64,000 nt of DNA from Planktothrix sp. GU0601_MAG3. GTDB taxonomy: Bacteria > Cyanobacteriota > Cyanobacteriia > Cyanobacteriales > Microcoleaceae. Positions 44,754-55,787 of this stretch are shown here, in pieces. Under the pieces are notes generated by a model. That model was not told the DNA's origin, searched no databases, and saw only the letters and a list, made by a program, of their open reading frames with translations. Each line of letters opens with the position of its first letter. Positions within the stretch are counted from its first letter, which is position 1. The stretch is from contig CP136572.1 of the NCBI GenBank assembly GCA_035193785.1, positions 1,216,001 through 1,280,000 on the forward strand, given 5' to 3'. Made by a program: the position numbers and the translations under genes.

Positions 44754-45686
44754 AATATTTTCATTGCTTCCACAACTTTTTGAGAAATAAAAGGTAAAAT
44801 TTCCTCGTTTTTACTTTGGGCTTTTCCTTCCGTAAATACTACTAATAAATAAGATAGAGTCGCATCAAGTTCAATATAAGCCGCATCATGGCGAACTTGG
44901 CTAGTATGTCCGGCTTTTGACCAGAGTTTTGCCGTTTTAGGTAATCCACCTCCGAGAAAACCTACGACTTGATTCTCTTGATTTTCGGCAACATCTTTAG
45001 GGTCAAGACTGCGTTGAATTAATTTCATCATCTGACCAGAAGCAACGGCAGAAACCGCCACCCCACCAATAATACTATGCAATAATCTGGCGGTGGCATT
45101 AGTAGTTAACATATTGCGATTTTCCATTAATTCCCCTAAAAAAATTCGTTTCTCGACCATAAGCTCCATCACCCCAAATTTTTTGATTCACATTAATTGA
45201 TTCCAATTCCGGCCAGTTAAGGGTTTGTAAATAACGATTAACTAAATTGCGCTGACTTTTCCAGGTTTCAAATGGCCCCGTAGATAATTCTGGCCCACTG
45301 GTAGTTCCGGTTAATACATCAACTACTAAACTGGTAGCATCGTTACTAGAATCAATAATCATATCTCTAGTGGCTCTTTCTAATTCCGGGGTTGTCCGTA
45401 ACATTCCCTTCTCTTTCCACTCAAAAACAGCCAGTAAATAAAATAATTTCACAATACTAGCCGGATAAATTCGTTCAATTCCCCGATAGTTAAATCCTCG
45501 GATGGGATATTTCCAAAATGCCTCCGGGGTTAAAGCGCCTCCGGTATTAACAGGAATAGGCGGGTCATATACTAACCAAGTCATAGCCACTTGATTGGCG
45601 GCTAAACCTGGAAATTGGGTGCGAGTTGCATTTATAATGCCAATGCCTTGGGTTTCTAATTGTTCATCGGAATGGAAAAAAGTCAT
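44750..45686 (-). CDS. Serine hydrolase, class A beta-lactamase-like (apparent frameshift at ~45148-45152)
   Basis: YPASIVK (SxxK), SSNDAT and WSKAGHTSQVRHDAA. Confidence 0.88.
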
Positions 45687-45768
45687 TTCATTTTTCAGTG
45701 TCAGGTTTGCTGGTTTTGGCTAAGAGTCAACAGTCAACCCTCAACCGTCAACATCCATTAAATTAATT

Positions 45769-46479
45769 ATGATTGCCAAACCCTTATCAGATGGGATTGA
45801 ATATTGCTGTAGAGAGAATTTAGATCTCTATGATGGAGCGGACTGCCAAACTTTAGCAACGCAAGCGGCTGCCTCTCGTCATTTACGTCTACTTCCCAAA
45901 CCCACAAATCAGACTAATAATTCCCCTAATATATTAGTTCAATTATGTGAAGATCATTATACCGCTTGGCTACGCACTGGCGATCAAAAGCATTTAGAGA
46001 TTGCAACTCAACCTTATATTCCTCCGATTTGGTCAGAGGCTCAAATTCAAGCTGCAATTCCCCAGATTATTCGGTTTACTCAAGCTGCAATGGCAACCCC
46101 TAATTACTATCTTTGGGGCGGGACAGTTAGCCCTAATTATGATTGTTCGGGTTTAATCCAAGCTGCCTTTGCTAATGCCGGAATTTGGATTCCTAGAGAC
46201 GCCTATCAACAGGAAGCCTTTGCCAAACCAATTACTTTTCATCGAGAACAATTAGATTTTTCAAGTCTTCTCCCCGGGGATTTAATATTTTTTGGAACCG
46301 TTGAAAAAGCGACTCATGTTGGATTATATCTCGGAGACCAACAATATATTCATAGTTCGGGTAGCGAACACGGTCGCAACGGCATAAAAATTGATGTATT
46401 ATCCTCAAAAGGAGATGCCTGTGTTCAGTATTATTTTAAACAGTTACGGGGAGCAGGACGAATAATTTCTAGCTATTAA
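45769..46479 (+). CDS. NlpC/P60 (C40) peptidase
   Basis: YLWGG...YDCSGL...PRDAYQQ...PGDLIFF...HVGLY...YIHSS. Confidence 0.92.
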   Translation: MIAKPLSDGIEYCCRENLDLYDGADCQTLATQAAASRHLRLLPKPTNQTNNSPNILVQLCEDHYTAWLRTGDQKHLEIATQPYIPPIWSEAQIQAAIPQIIRFTQAAMATPNYYLWGGTVSPNYDCSGLIQAAFANAGIWIPRDAYQQEAFAKPITFHREQLDFSSLLPGDLIFFGTVEKATHVGLYLGDQQYIHSSGSEHGRNGIKIDVLSSKGDACVQYYFKQLRGAGRIISSY

Positions 46480-46491
46480 ACTGCCTTTTAA

Positions 46492-46701
46492 GGGAATAGG
46501 GAATTACGAATTACGAATTACGAATTACGAATTACAAATTACAAATGAGCAATATTTTATTCCCCCTGCCTCCCCCACTCCCCCTGCCCCCCCTGCCTCC
46601 CCCACTCCCCCTGCCCCCCTGCCTCCCCCACTCCCCCTGCCTCCCCTGCCTCCCCTGCTCCGCCTGCTCCCCCTGCTCCCCCTGCTCCCCCTGCTCCCCT
46701 G
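46492..46701. repeat. Composite STRR: (GAATTAC)n followed by CCCCTGC(C/T)-type C-rich repeats
   Basis: Directly visible between convergent genes. Confidence 0.9.
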
Positions 46702-46758
46702 TTTCCTTTTAATCAGGAATTTTGAACACAACTCAAATAGGATTGCTATAGTTTGGGA

Positions 46759-48956
46759 TTAAGACTGGGTATCAGTATCCCGGGAAAACTCATACAAATT
46801 TTTCCCCGTGGTCTTAGCCCGATACATAGCCGTATCTGCTAACTTAATTAAAGTTTCCATATCTTGAGCATCCGCCGGATATAAACTAATTCCGATGCTA
46901 GTAGTAATTGAGATTTTGTGTCCCTCTAAAATCGTATCCTGAGTAATAGTATCAAGGATTTTTTGGGCTACCCGGGCAACATCCGACTTACTGGGAATAC
47001 CCGGGAGAATCACGGTAAACTCATCTCCACCCAACCGAGAAACCGTGTCACTTCCCCTTAAACAGCCCTTGAGTCTATCCCCAATGGTTTTGAGAAGTAA
47101 ATCTCCCACCTGATGACCGAGGCTATCGTTAACGTGCTTAAAGTCATTAAGGTCTAAAAATAACAGCGCAACTATACGATTTTGACTATTAGCCCATTCT
47201 AGCGATTGAGTTAAACGTTCTTGGAATAAAATTCGGTTGGGAAGTCCGGTGAGGGGGTCATGTTCGGCGGAAGCCCGCAATTGGGCATTAGACCGCTTCA
47301 GTTTCAGCAGCAATTTGTTTTAAATTTTCTTCTAAAAGTTTACGTTCGGTAATATCTCGAATCACCCCCACTAAATAGAGATTTCCCGCCGCATCTCGGT
47401 GCAGCGATCGCTTCGTAGCAATATAATGGGTAATCCCATTAATATCGGTCAACTGTTCTTCATTTTCCTGTTCCCAAGTCGTGTTAAATGCCATTTCATC
47501 CTGTTGGCGAAATAGTTCAGCTTCATGTTTAGGAAAAAGTTGATCATCACTTTTTTCCATCAACACATTCAACGGATAACCTACAAACTTACAATAGGCT
47601 TGATTTAACACAATTTTCTGATGATCTTTATTTTTTACAAAAATTGGGTCGGGAATCGTATTAATAATACTTTGCAAAAATTCGGTAGACCGTTTTAACT
47701 CTCCTTGTAAATGGGCTAAATGGGCAATAATTACCCCCGCAGACCCGATTAAAGCCAAGTTAGCGGGAACCACAGGAATCCACCACCCCTGAAGAAATAC
47801 CAGGTAGGTAACCCCGGTAATCCCAAGACTAATTAAAATGATTAGGGACACCGAACGCCGGGGGGATTGAAGTTTCCAACTCAAAGCAGCCCCCACCCAA
47901 GACCATCCGAAAATCCACAGCCATTCTAAGGGTTCTGGCCAGACTTTAATTAAAGTTCGACCCTCTAAAACCGAACTAATAATTTGACTGGTTAATTGGG
48001 CTTGCAGTTCAACACCATACGTCATTACAGAAGACCTAAATATCCCATCACTATAGGAGGTAAATTCTGAATCTTTAATACTCGGGGCTGTAGAACCAAT
48101 AATCACAATCCGATTTTTAATTAAATCAGGAGAAACTCGATTTTCTAAAATATCTCGCATCGGAATAGAGGGAAATGTTCCCGCCGGCCCTCGCAAATTA
48201 ATCAAGAATTGATAACCGCCATCATCGGCCCTAATATAAGAGCCATCATTGGGTTTAAACCGACGAAATACTGTATTTTTAAATTGTACTTCATCAGAAT
48301 TTTTGGGAGAAGGTTTGGACTCAATTCCTTGATTTCTTAAATAAATTGAAGCCAGTTGTAGAGCGAAACTTTTGAGAATTTTTTGTTTATTGTTTTGGTC
48401 AGGAAGATATAGTAATCCCCGGCGAACTTTGCTGTCAGAATCTCGAGGGACATTATTAAAACCAGTTTGATTTTTATTTTCTAAAATCTCAGGAGGACTC
48501 ACCCCAGATTTTCCACTACTTTCTACTAATTCAATACCAATTAAATTGGGAATCTTTGCAAACGATGCGGCTAATTCTGCCCCTCCGGGTTTCCGTGGGT
48601 AAATTTCGATAAATATCTAAACCAATAGCTTGTGGTTTACCCTGATTAACTTTTTGTAATAATTGAGCCAAAATTCTATCGGAAATGGGAAACCCATACT
48701 GTTGTAAATCCTGCTCATCAATCCCAATAATTAAAATCCGATCATCAACCGATTCCAAAGGACGTACTCGAAAATATTGATCATAAAGTGCCCATTCCGA
48801 TGGTTGCAAAATCCCTAAAAATCGAATAAAAATAACTACAGCCGTCACACTAGAAGCGGTGAATAATACTCGACCTTCTTGAGATAACCAGCGCTTGAGA
48901 GGAACTCGACGACAATACTCTTGAAATCTTTTGAACATCGGTTGCAACGATCCCAT
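46759..48956 (-). CDS. CHASE2-PAS-GGDEF diguanylate cyclase (apparent frameshifts at ~48589 and ~47301)
   Basis: CHASE2 motifs AIGLDIYR and YGVELQAQLTSQII, 3 TM helices, PAS IPDPIFVK, HDPLTGLPNR and RLGGDEF. Confidence 0.9.
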
Positions 48957-48982
48957 TTATTTATCTGTTTAAAGTCACCGTC

Positions 48983-49240
48983 TTACGAATTACGAATTAC
49001 GAATTACGAATTACGAATGGGTAATGGGTAATGGGTAATGGGTAATGGGTAATGGGTAATGGGTAATGGGTAATGGGTAATGGGTAATGGGTAATGGGTA
49101 ATGGGTAATAGCAAAAGTTTACCTCCCCTGCTCCCCCTGCTCCCCCTGCCTCCCCTACCTCCCCTGCTCCCCCTGCTCCCCTGCTCCCCCTGCTCCCCCT
49201 GCTCCCCTGCTCCCCTGCCTCCCCTACTCCCCTACTCTCC
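48983..49240. repeat. Composite STRR: (TTACGAA)n, (ATGGGTA)n and C-rich CCCCTGCT repeats
   Basis: Directly visible. Confidence 0.92.
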
Positions 49241-50159
49241 TTACTTCCCCTGCTCCCGTTGCCCCTGATAGTCCGATAATTCAGCTAATTTTTCTAAGGG
49301 TTGAATTCCCGGGTACAATTTACCCCGAATTTCCCAAGTTGGAAAACCTTGAATTCCAGCTTTTTCGCAAAGTTGGGTTTGAGAATTTTTGCCGTCAGTA
49401 GTGCACTCAATATAGTTAATTATAGCAAACGCCTCTTTCCCAAAGAGTTGTTTTTGATCGTAACAGTGAGAACACCAATAGGCCCCATATTCCTTAGCTC
49501 CAATTTGGGTCAAATGACGAGCTAAAGCGATTTCTGCTGGCCCGGATGTGGTGGTAATCGCTAACCCCGTCTCACCATTACTATCACTGAAGGAGTTGGG
49601 GGTGTTGATGTCGCCAACGCTATTGTATAAACCCAGAGCCACAATGGCGGTAATCATCCCTACCCCAAGACCCGAAAACCAAAGTTGACCCACATCTTCC
49701 CAACTTTGCCCGATCAAAGTTAGAACAAATAGACTCACACAGAACAGGGCTGAGGCAATACAGTAGGGGCATATTGCCTGAATTCTAAAAAAGAGTAAAA
49801 ACATCAAGTAACTACTGAAACACACCATTGCAGTGGTTACGAGAAATAGAATAAACCCCGTCTGAGTTTCCACCTTTTGGCGAAGGGATTTTTGAGTCAC
49901 CGGGTTTCAGAATTAAAGGAGCAACGGCTAATAGCAAAACCGTCGCATAGGCAAAAAATCCAAATAGAGTCAAGGGTAAACCCAAGACCGTCGAATAGGG
50001 ACTATTGAGAACTTCTTCACAGCCAGAAGTGGGACAAACTGCCGTCCCACCCAGGAGTTTAATACTGGTTAAATAGATATTTTCGATCACACCGATTAGA
50101 GCAATCGCCGCAATCATCGGCCGTGACCAGCGATAAATCCAAGGGGTAAAACGTCCCAT
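49241..50159 (-). CDS. VKOR-thioredoxin fusion (apparent frameshift at ~49904-49908)
   Basis: CPTSGCEEVLNSPYS, ICPYC, and Trx-like YGAYWCSHC...GFPTW. Confidence 0.92.
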
Positions 50160-50259
50160 AAATCAGTTATCGGTAAACAGTTATTAGTTACCAGTGTAAG
50201 AGCGAATAGTGAATAGTGAATAGTGAGGAGTCAAGACAATCAACTGGCTATCTCACTAA

Positions 50260-51135
50260 TTATTTTTTGTTTTGACTAATCACTGATAACTGATGACCAA
50301 TCACTGATAACTGACTCAAGCTCCGGCGAGTTGTTTCGACAAACTGACCGACCCGACTGGGATCAATCGGTTGATGAATCTGTCCATGGCGTTTTAGGGA
50401 ACTGGACACAATTACCCCATCGGCCGCTTGGATTAGGGTTCCCACATTTTCCCAACTGGCACCACTGCCGATAAAGACGGGAGTTCCCATGGCTGCTGCC
50501 CGGGCCAGTTCTAAATCTTCTAAATTAGGGGGACTACCCGTAGACCAACCGGACAGAATCACCCCATCGGCTAAGGCTCGCTCAATGGTTTCTTGGACGG
50601 CCGTGGTCAGGTTAGGAGATCCCAAGGGACGACCATGTTTGACCAAAACATCGGCCAAAATTTTGACATCACTGCCTAATTCCCGTCGATAACGCAGGAT
50701 CTCATGGGCGTGACCTTCGATAATCCCCTGATCCGTAGCCATGACGCCGTTTAAGACATTAACGCGGACAAATTGAGCCCCCGTACAGGCGGCAATGGCT
50801 AAGGCACTATGGGCATCGTTACGCAGCACATTAATCCCAATGGGCAGCGTTACTAAGTTCATAATCCTTTGTACAATCAGGGTCATGGCACTGACAACGG
50901 CCGGATCAACTTGATCCTTAGCAAAGGGAGCATCAAAAAAATTCTCGACGATGATGCCGTTGACCCCGCCCGAAGCCAGGGCCGTTGCCTCTTGTTCAGC
51001 GCGGTCAATAACCGTTTTGAGATTCCCTCCCCAACGGGGAGAAGTCGGTAGCGGCAACAGATGTACAACACCGATAATAGGATTGGGAGTTTTAAAGATT
51101 TGATCTAAGTCCACAGATTTACCTATGACCACCAA
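50260..51135 (-). CDS. btpA: Photosystem I biogenesis protein BtpA
   Basis: IIGVVHLLPLPTSPRWGG, IIVENFFDAPF, GINVLRND and ADVLVKH. Confidence 0.93.
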   Translation of the reverse strand: MVVIGKSVDLDQIFKTPNPIIGVVHLLPLPTSPRWGGNLKTVIDRAEQEATALASGGVNGIIVENFFDAPFAKDQVDPAVVSAMTLIVQRIMNLVTLPIGINVLRNDAHSALAIAACTGAQFVRVNVLNGVMATDQGIIEGHAHEILRYRRELGSDVKILADVLVKHGRPLGSPNLTTAVQETIERALADGVILSGWSTGSPPNLEDLELARAAAMGTPVFIGSGASWENVGTLIQAADGVIVSSSLKRHGQIHQPIDPSRVGQFVETTRRSLSQLSVIGHQLSVISQNKK

Positions 51136-51216
51136 AGTTTCACTGCCTCACCTCTATGCCCAAGGCTAAGGCAGAGTATGGGTAGTCTGAAAATGAATAA
51201 AGACATTACATTATAC

Positions 51217-51354
51217 AGTTATCAGTTATCAGTTATCAGTTATCAGTGCAAGAATTAACGGTCTTCTGTTGTACTGATTAGGTGTTTACTGATAACATGA
51301 TAAACTATAATCACCAGTCTATCATATTATCAGTTACCAATAATCAGTTATCAG
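51217..51354. repeat. STRR (CAGTTAT/TGATAAC) cluster
   Basis: Tandem cagttat units. The same family recurs at ~53048-53083, ~54575-54599 and ~55718-55773. Confidence 0.8.
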
Positions 51355-51441
51355 TAAAGAATTGAATAGTCGATTAACTTTTAACTCGTACAGACGCGCT
51401 CTTGGCAAATCTCTACACTGATCACGGATCACTGATTACCG

Positions 51442-52395
51442 ATGAAAATTGTTCTAGTCCTGTTAGGAATATTGCTCTTTGTTTTAATGGTGGTGGAGAT
51501 TGGGTTACGTCTGCGTTTTGGGTTGGGTTCTCCCGTTTTGTATTTGGCGGACTCGGACATCGGTTATTTATTAGCCCCGAACCAAAAAACCCGTCGTTAT
51601 GGCAACCAGATTGAAATTAATCAATATTCCATGCGAAGTGCCTCTATTAATCCCCTTCCCACGGCTGAAACCCTACGGGTGATGTTATTGGGGGATTCCT
51701 TGGTGAATGGGGGATGGTGGACGGATCAATCCCAAACTCTGTCGGCGTTGATCGATCAACAATTGGCTGCTGGTTCGGGAAATCGGGTACATGGGGAAGT
51801 CCTGAATGTGTCGGCTAATTCCTGGGGGCCACCGAATCAACTTGCCTATTTACAACGGTTTGGACTGTTTGGGTCAGAGGTGATTGTGTTATTGATCAAT
51901 ACCGATGATTTGTTCTCCCAGCCGCCAAATCCCGGCGTTGTAGGGCGCGATCGCAACTACCCTAATACATCACCTCGTTTAGCTTTAGTGGAGGTGTTTA
52001 ATCGCCGTTTAAAACCCTCTGAACCGATTCCCACCCCCCAACAACCCCAACCTACCGACCCGGTGGGATATAATTTAGAGAAGCTCCAAGGGATTGAGGC
52101 GATCGCTAGGCAAAATAATGCTAACTTTATATTAGCGATGACACCCTTATTGCGAGAAGTCGGCGAACCCGGGCCACGGGATTATGAAATTAAAGCCCGT
52201 CAACGATTAACGGAATTCACCCAAGCTCAAAATTGGGTTTATATTGATTTCTTGCCGATCTTTAAAGCCACTTCCCAACCCGCAACTCTGTATCGAGATC
52301 ATATTCATTTGAGCCCCTCTGGCAATCAATTAGTCAGTGAAAAAATTAGTCAAAGGTTAGAAGAAGAATTGAGAATTAAAAATAAAAACAAATAA
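51442..52395 (+). CDS. SGNH/GDSL hydrolase
   Basis: LLGDS block I and DHIH catalytic motif, with an N-terminal TM. Confidence 0.88.
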   Translation: MKIVLVLLGILLFVLMVVEIGLRLRFGLGSPVLYLADSDIGYLLAPNQKTRRYGNQIEINQYSMRSASINPLPTAETLRVMLLGDSLVNGGWWTDQSQTLSALIDQQLAAGSGNRVHGEVLNVSANSWGPPNQLAYLQRFGLFGSEVIVLLINTDDLFSQPPNPGVVGRDRNYPNTSPRLALVEVFNRRLKPSEPIPTPQQPQPTDPVGYNLEKLQGIEAIARQNNANFILAMTPLLREVGEPGPRDYEIKARQRLTEFTQAQNWVYIDFLPIFKATSQPATLYRDHIHLSPSGNQLVSEKISQRLEEELRIKNKNK

Positions 52396-52414
52396 AATAT
52401 ACAGGTTGAATTAG

Positions 52415-52969
52415 GTGAAAATATTAACTATGCCAGGGACTTTAATTAATCGATATGCTCCAGATTTTGAATTACCAGGAATTGATGATAAAGTTCATCA
52501 TTTAGCTCGTTATTTAAAAGAATATAGAGCCGTTGTTGTGATTTTTATGTGTAACCATTGTCCCTATGTTCGTTCATACTTACATCGCCTGAAACAGTTA
52601 CAACAAGACTATCAGGAACAGGGGGTAATTTTAGTTGGAATTAATGCCAATGATGCCAGTCAATACCCCGAGGATAGTTTTGAAAATATGAAAATTTTTG
52701 CCAGAGAACAGGAATTAAATTTTCCTTATATTCGAGATATTACCCAAGATGTAGCCCATTGTTTTGGGGCAACTAATACCCCGGAAACATTTTTATTAGA
52801 TCGTTCAGGAATTGTGCGCTATCAGGGCTCAATTGATGATAATTCCCAACTCGCTGAAAATGTTACTGTTCCCTATTTAAAAAATGCGATCGCCCAACTT
52901 CTCAACCACGAACCAATTACCACCGAACAGACAGAGGCGATCGGTTGCTCGATTAAGTGGAGATATTGA
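52415..52969 (+). CDS. Thioredoxin/AhpC-TSA family protein
   Basis: APDFELPG, FMCNHCPYV, TPETF and IGCSIKW. Confidence 0.92.
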   Translation: MKILTMPGTLINRYAPDFELPGIDDKVHHLARYLKEYRAVVVIFMCNHCPYVRSYLHRLKQLQQDYQEQGVILVGINANDASQYPEDSFENMKIFAREQELNFPYIRDITQDVAHCFGATNTPETFLLDRSGIVRYQGSIDDNSQLAENVTVPYLKNAIAQLLNHEPITTEQTEAIGCSIKWRY

Positions 52970-53193
52970 TAGCTTGGAAAACCATAGACAAATATCTCAG
53001 GTCTTAATTGGATCTAAATCCAAAAAACTGAAACAATAGAGGTAAATTGATAACTGATAACTAATAACTGATGACTGATGACTGAATATATCCTGATATG
53101 ATAACCCCAGGGTCTAAGCGACGGGTGACGATAAACCCAATCCACTCACGAAAATTAGCGATATTGATGAATACAAAGGCTATGGGGGTATAA

Positions 53194-53923
53194 ATGGGAA
53201 CAGCGTACAAACGCATTTTACTCAAATTAAGTGGCGAAGCCCTGATGGGAGATTTGGGCTATGGCATTGATCCATCGGTGGTTCAAGAGATCGCTCAAGA
53301 AGTCGCCGAAGTGGTGAATCAAGGATTACAAGTCGCCATTGTGGTCGGAGGCGGTAATATTTTTCGGGGGGTGAAGGCCGCCGCCGGGGGCATGGATCGA
53401 GCCACGGCCGATTATGTCGGTATGATTGCTACGGTGATGAATTCCATTACCTTACAAGATGCCCTAGAACAAATTGGGGTTCCGACCCGGGTACAAACGG
53501 CGATCGCCATGCAGGAAATCGCCGAACCCTATATTAGACGCAAAGCCATTCGCCACCTAGAAACTCAATCGGGTGGTGATTTTTGGTGCGGGTTCAGGAA
53601 ATCCTTTTTTCACCACGGACACCACCGCAGCACTACGGGCGGCGGAAATTGATGCGGAAGTGATTTTTAAAGCGACCAAGGTAGACGGCATCTATGATAG
53701 CGATCCCAAACATAACCCGGAGGCTAAACGCTACCAAACATTGACATACAACTACGTCCTCACCCATGATTTACGGGTGATGGATAGTACAGCGATCGCG
53801 CTGTGCAAAGAAAATAATATCCCTATTATTGTATTTGATCTGACTGTACGGGGAAATATCAGCCGTGCGGTAAGTGGTGAACCTGTTGGAACCTTAGTTG
53901 GAGGTTTGTGTGAAGTTAGCTGA
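53194..53923 (+). CDS. pyrH: Uridylate kinase (apparent frameshift at ~53560-53564)
   Basis: [28 protein letters not shown] and VMDSTA. Confidence 0.97.
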
Positions 53924-54458
53924 AGTTGAAGATCACATGGTTAAAGCATTGGAGGCGGCTCAACGCTCCTTCAATACTATCCGAACTGGACGGGCAAATA
54001 CCAGTTTACTAGATCGAATCGTCGTGGAATATTACGGGACTCAAATGCACTTAAAAGCATTGGCGAATATTAGCACCCCCGACTCCACCACCATTGCCAT
54101 TCAGCCGTTTGATCGCAATACTCTCAATATTATTGAGAAAGCGATTTTGATGTCGGATATTGGGTTAACACCGAATAACGACGGCTCCGTGATCCGTCTG
54201 AATATCCCCCCTTTAACCAGCGATCGGCGGAAGGAATTAGTCAAACAAGTGGCTAAATTGGCGGAAGATGGTAAAGTCGCCGTCAGAAATATTCGTCGGG
54301 ATGCAATTGATTCGATTCGGAAACAGGAAAAAAGTAGTGAAATCTCAAAAGACGAATCTGCTGATTCACAAGATTCCGTCCAGAAACTGACAGACAAGTA
54401 CATCGCTAAAATCGATGAAGCCTTGGCGGTCAAAGAAAAAGACATCACCACTGTTTAA
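53910..54458 (+). CDS. frr: Ribosome recycling factor
   Basis: [21 protein letters not shown] and [11 protein letters not shown] start overlapping the pyrH end. Confidence 0.97.
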   Translation: MKLAEVEDHMVKALEAAQRSFNTIRTGRANTSLLDRIVVEYYGTQMHLKALANISTPDSTTIAIQPFDRNTLNIIEKAILMSDIGLTPNNDGSVIRLNIPPLTSDRRKELVKQVAKLAEDGKVAVRNIRRDAIDSIRKQEKSSEISKDESADSQDSVQKLTDKYIAKIDEALAVKEKDITTV

Positions 54459-54611
54459 CACCAGGGTGCGGGATGAAGATGGGGGTTTGTAATTAACAGT
54501 TCACCCCCTCTTTATCCTCAAGTGCAAAAACTATCAAAAATAGCCAATAGTCAACAATTATCAGTCAAGATTTAACTGATAACTGATAACTGATAACTAA
54601 TTAGTAGTTCT

Positions 54612-55709
54612 ATGACAAAAATATTTGACTGTATTATTGTTGGTGCTGGCCCGGCTGGGGGAGCAGCAGCCTATCATTTAGCCAAACGTGGACGTTCGGT
54701 TTTAATTTTAGAAAGGGAAACTTTTCCCCGCTTAAAACCCTGTGGAGGGGGAGTTTCTCCGGCGATCGCCGAATGGTTTGATTTTGATTTTAGTCCGGCA
54801 ATTTCGACAACGGTGGAGCGAATTCGCTACACCTGGCAATTAAATGATGCGGTAGAATCCGATATTCCCGTTCCGATGTGGATGGTGAGGCGGGATGTGT
54901 TTGATCAATTTCTCATCCAACAAGCTAAGGGTCAAGGGGCACAACTCCAAGACAATACAGAAGTTACCGGGATTGAATTTAAAAGCGATCATTGGCAAGT
55001 GAATACCACCACCGAACCCCTAACGGCTAAATATTTAATTGGGGCTGATGGGGCGAAGGGCTCAATGGCTAAATGGTTGGGTTTGAAACAGTCTAAACTG
55101 CGTCAGAGTCAATTTATGGAAGTAGCAACGGATAAACCGTTATTACCCAGTTTTGAATTTGGCATGGTCAAAAATGGTAGTATTTGGGGATTCCCCAAGA
55201 CCGATGGTTACTCCTTGAGTATTGCTACTTTTATCGGGGGAGAACCCAAAAATCTGAAGCAAGACCTACTGGATTATGCTAGTAAAGCGGGTTTAGGTAG
55301 TGCAACTATTTATGACCATCCTCTGTGTCTCTGGGATGGAGATAAAACTTTACATACCCAAAATGCTGTAATTGCCGGGGAAGCTGCCAGTTTAGTTGAT
55401 CCATTATCAGCCGAGGGAATTCGTCCTTCAATTTTGAGTGGGGTCAAAGCCGCAGAGGCAATTGATCGGGCTTTAGGCGGTGTTAGCAATGCCTTAGAAG
55501 GCTATACCCAAGTCATGAAAGATGAATGGGGTACGGATATGGTTTGGGCCGGACGTCTAGGCGGTGCATTCTATCGTTTTCCGAAAGTTGCTTATAAGGC
55601 CGGAGTAAAAATGCCCACCGCCACAAAGATTATGAGTAAAATTTTCTGTGGTCAACTGCGATACGGAGATATTGCCAGTAAGGCAATTAAACAATTAATG
55701 CCCTTTTAA
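54612..55709 (+). CDS. Geranylgeranyl reductase family flavoprotein
   Basis: GAGPAG, KPCGGG, IGADG and GEAASLVDPLSAEGI. Confidence 0.9.
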   Translation: MTKIFDCIIVGAGPAGGAAAYHLAKRGRSVLILERETFPRLKPCGGGVSPAIAEWFDFDFSPAISTTVERIRYTWQLNDAVESDIPVPMWMVRRDVFDQFLIQQAKGQGAQLQDNTEVTGIEFKSDHWQVNTTTEPLTAKYLIGADGAKGSMAKWLGLKQSKLRQSQFMEVATDKPLLPSFEFGMVKNGSIWGFPKTDGYSLSIATFIGGEPKNLKQDLLDYASKAGLGSATIYDHPLCLWDGDKTLHTQNAVIAGEAASLVDPLSAEGIRPSILSGVKAAEAIDRALGGVSNALEGYTQVMKDEWGTDMVWAGRLGGAFYRFPKVAYKAGVKMPTATKIMSKIFCGQLRYGDIASKAIKQLMPF

Positions 55710-55787
55710 TCAGTCATTAGTTATCAGTTATCTAACTAATAACTGATAACTGATAACTAATAACTGATGACTGATTAGGATAGGATT

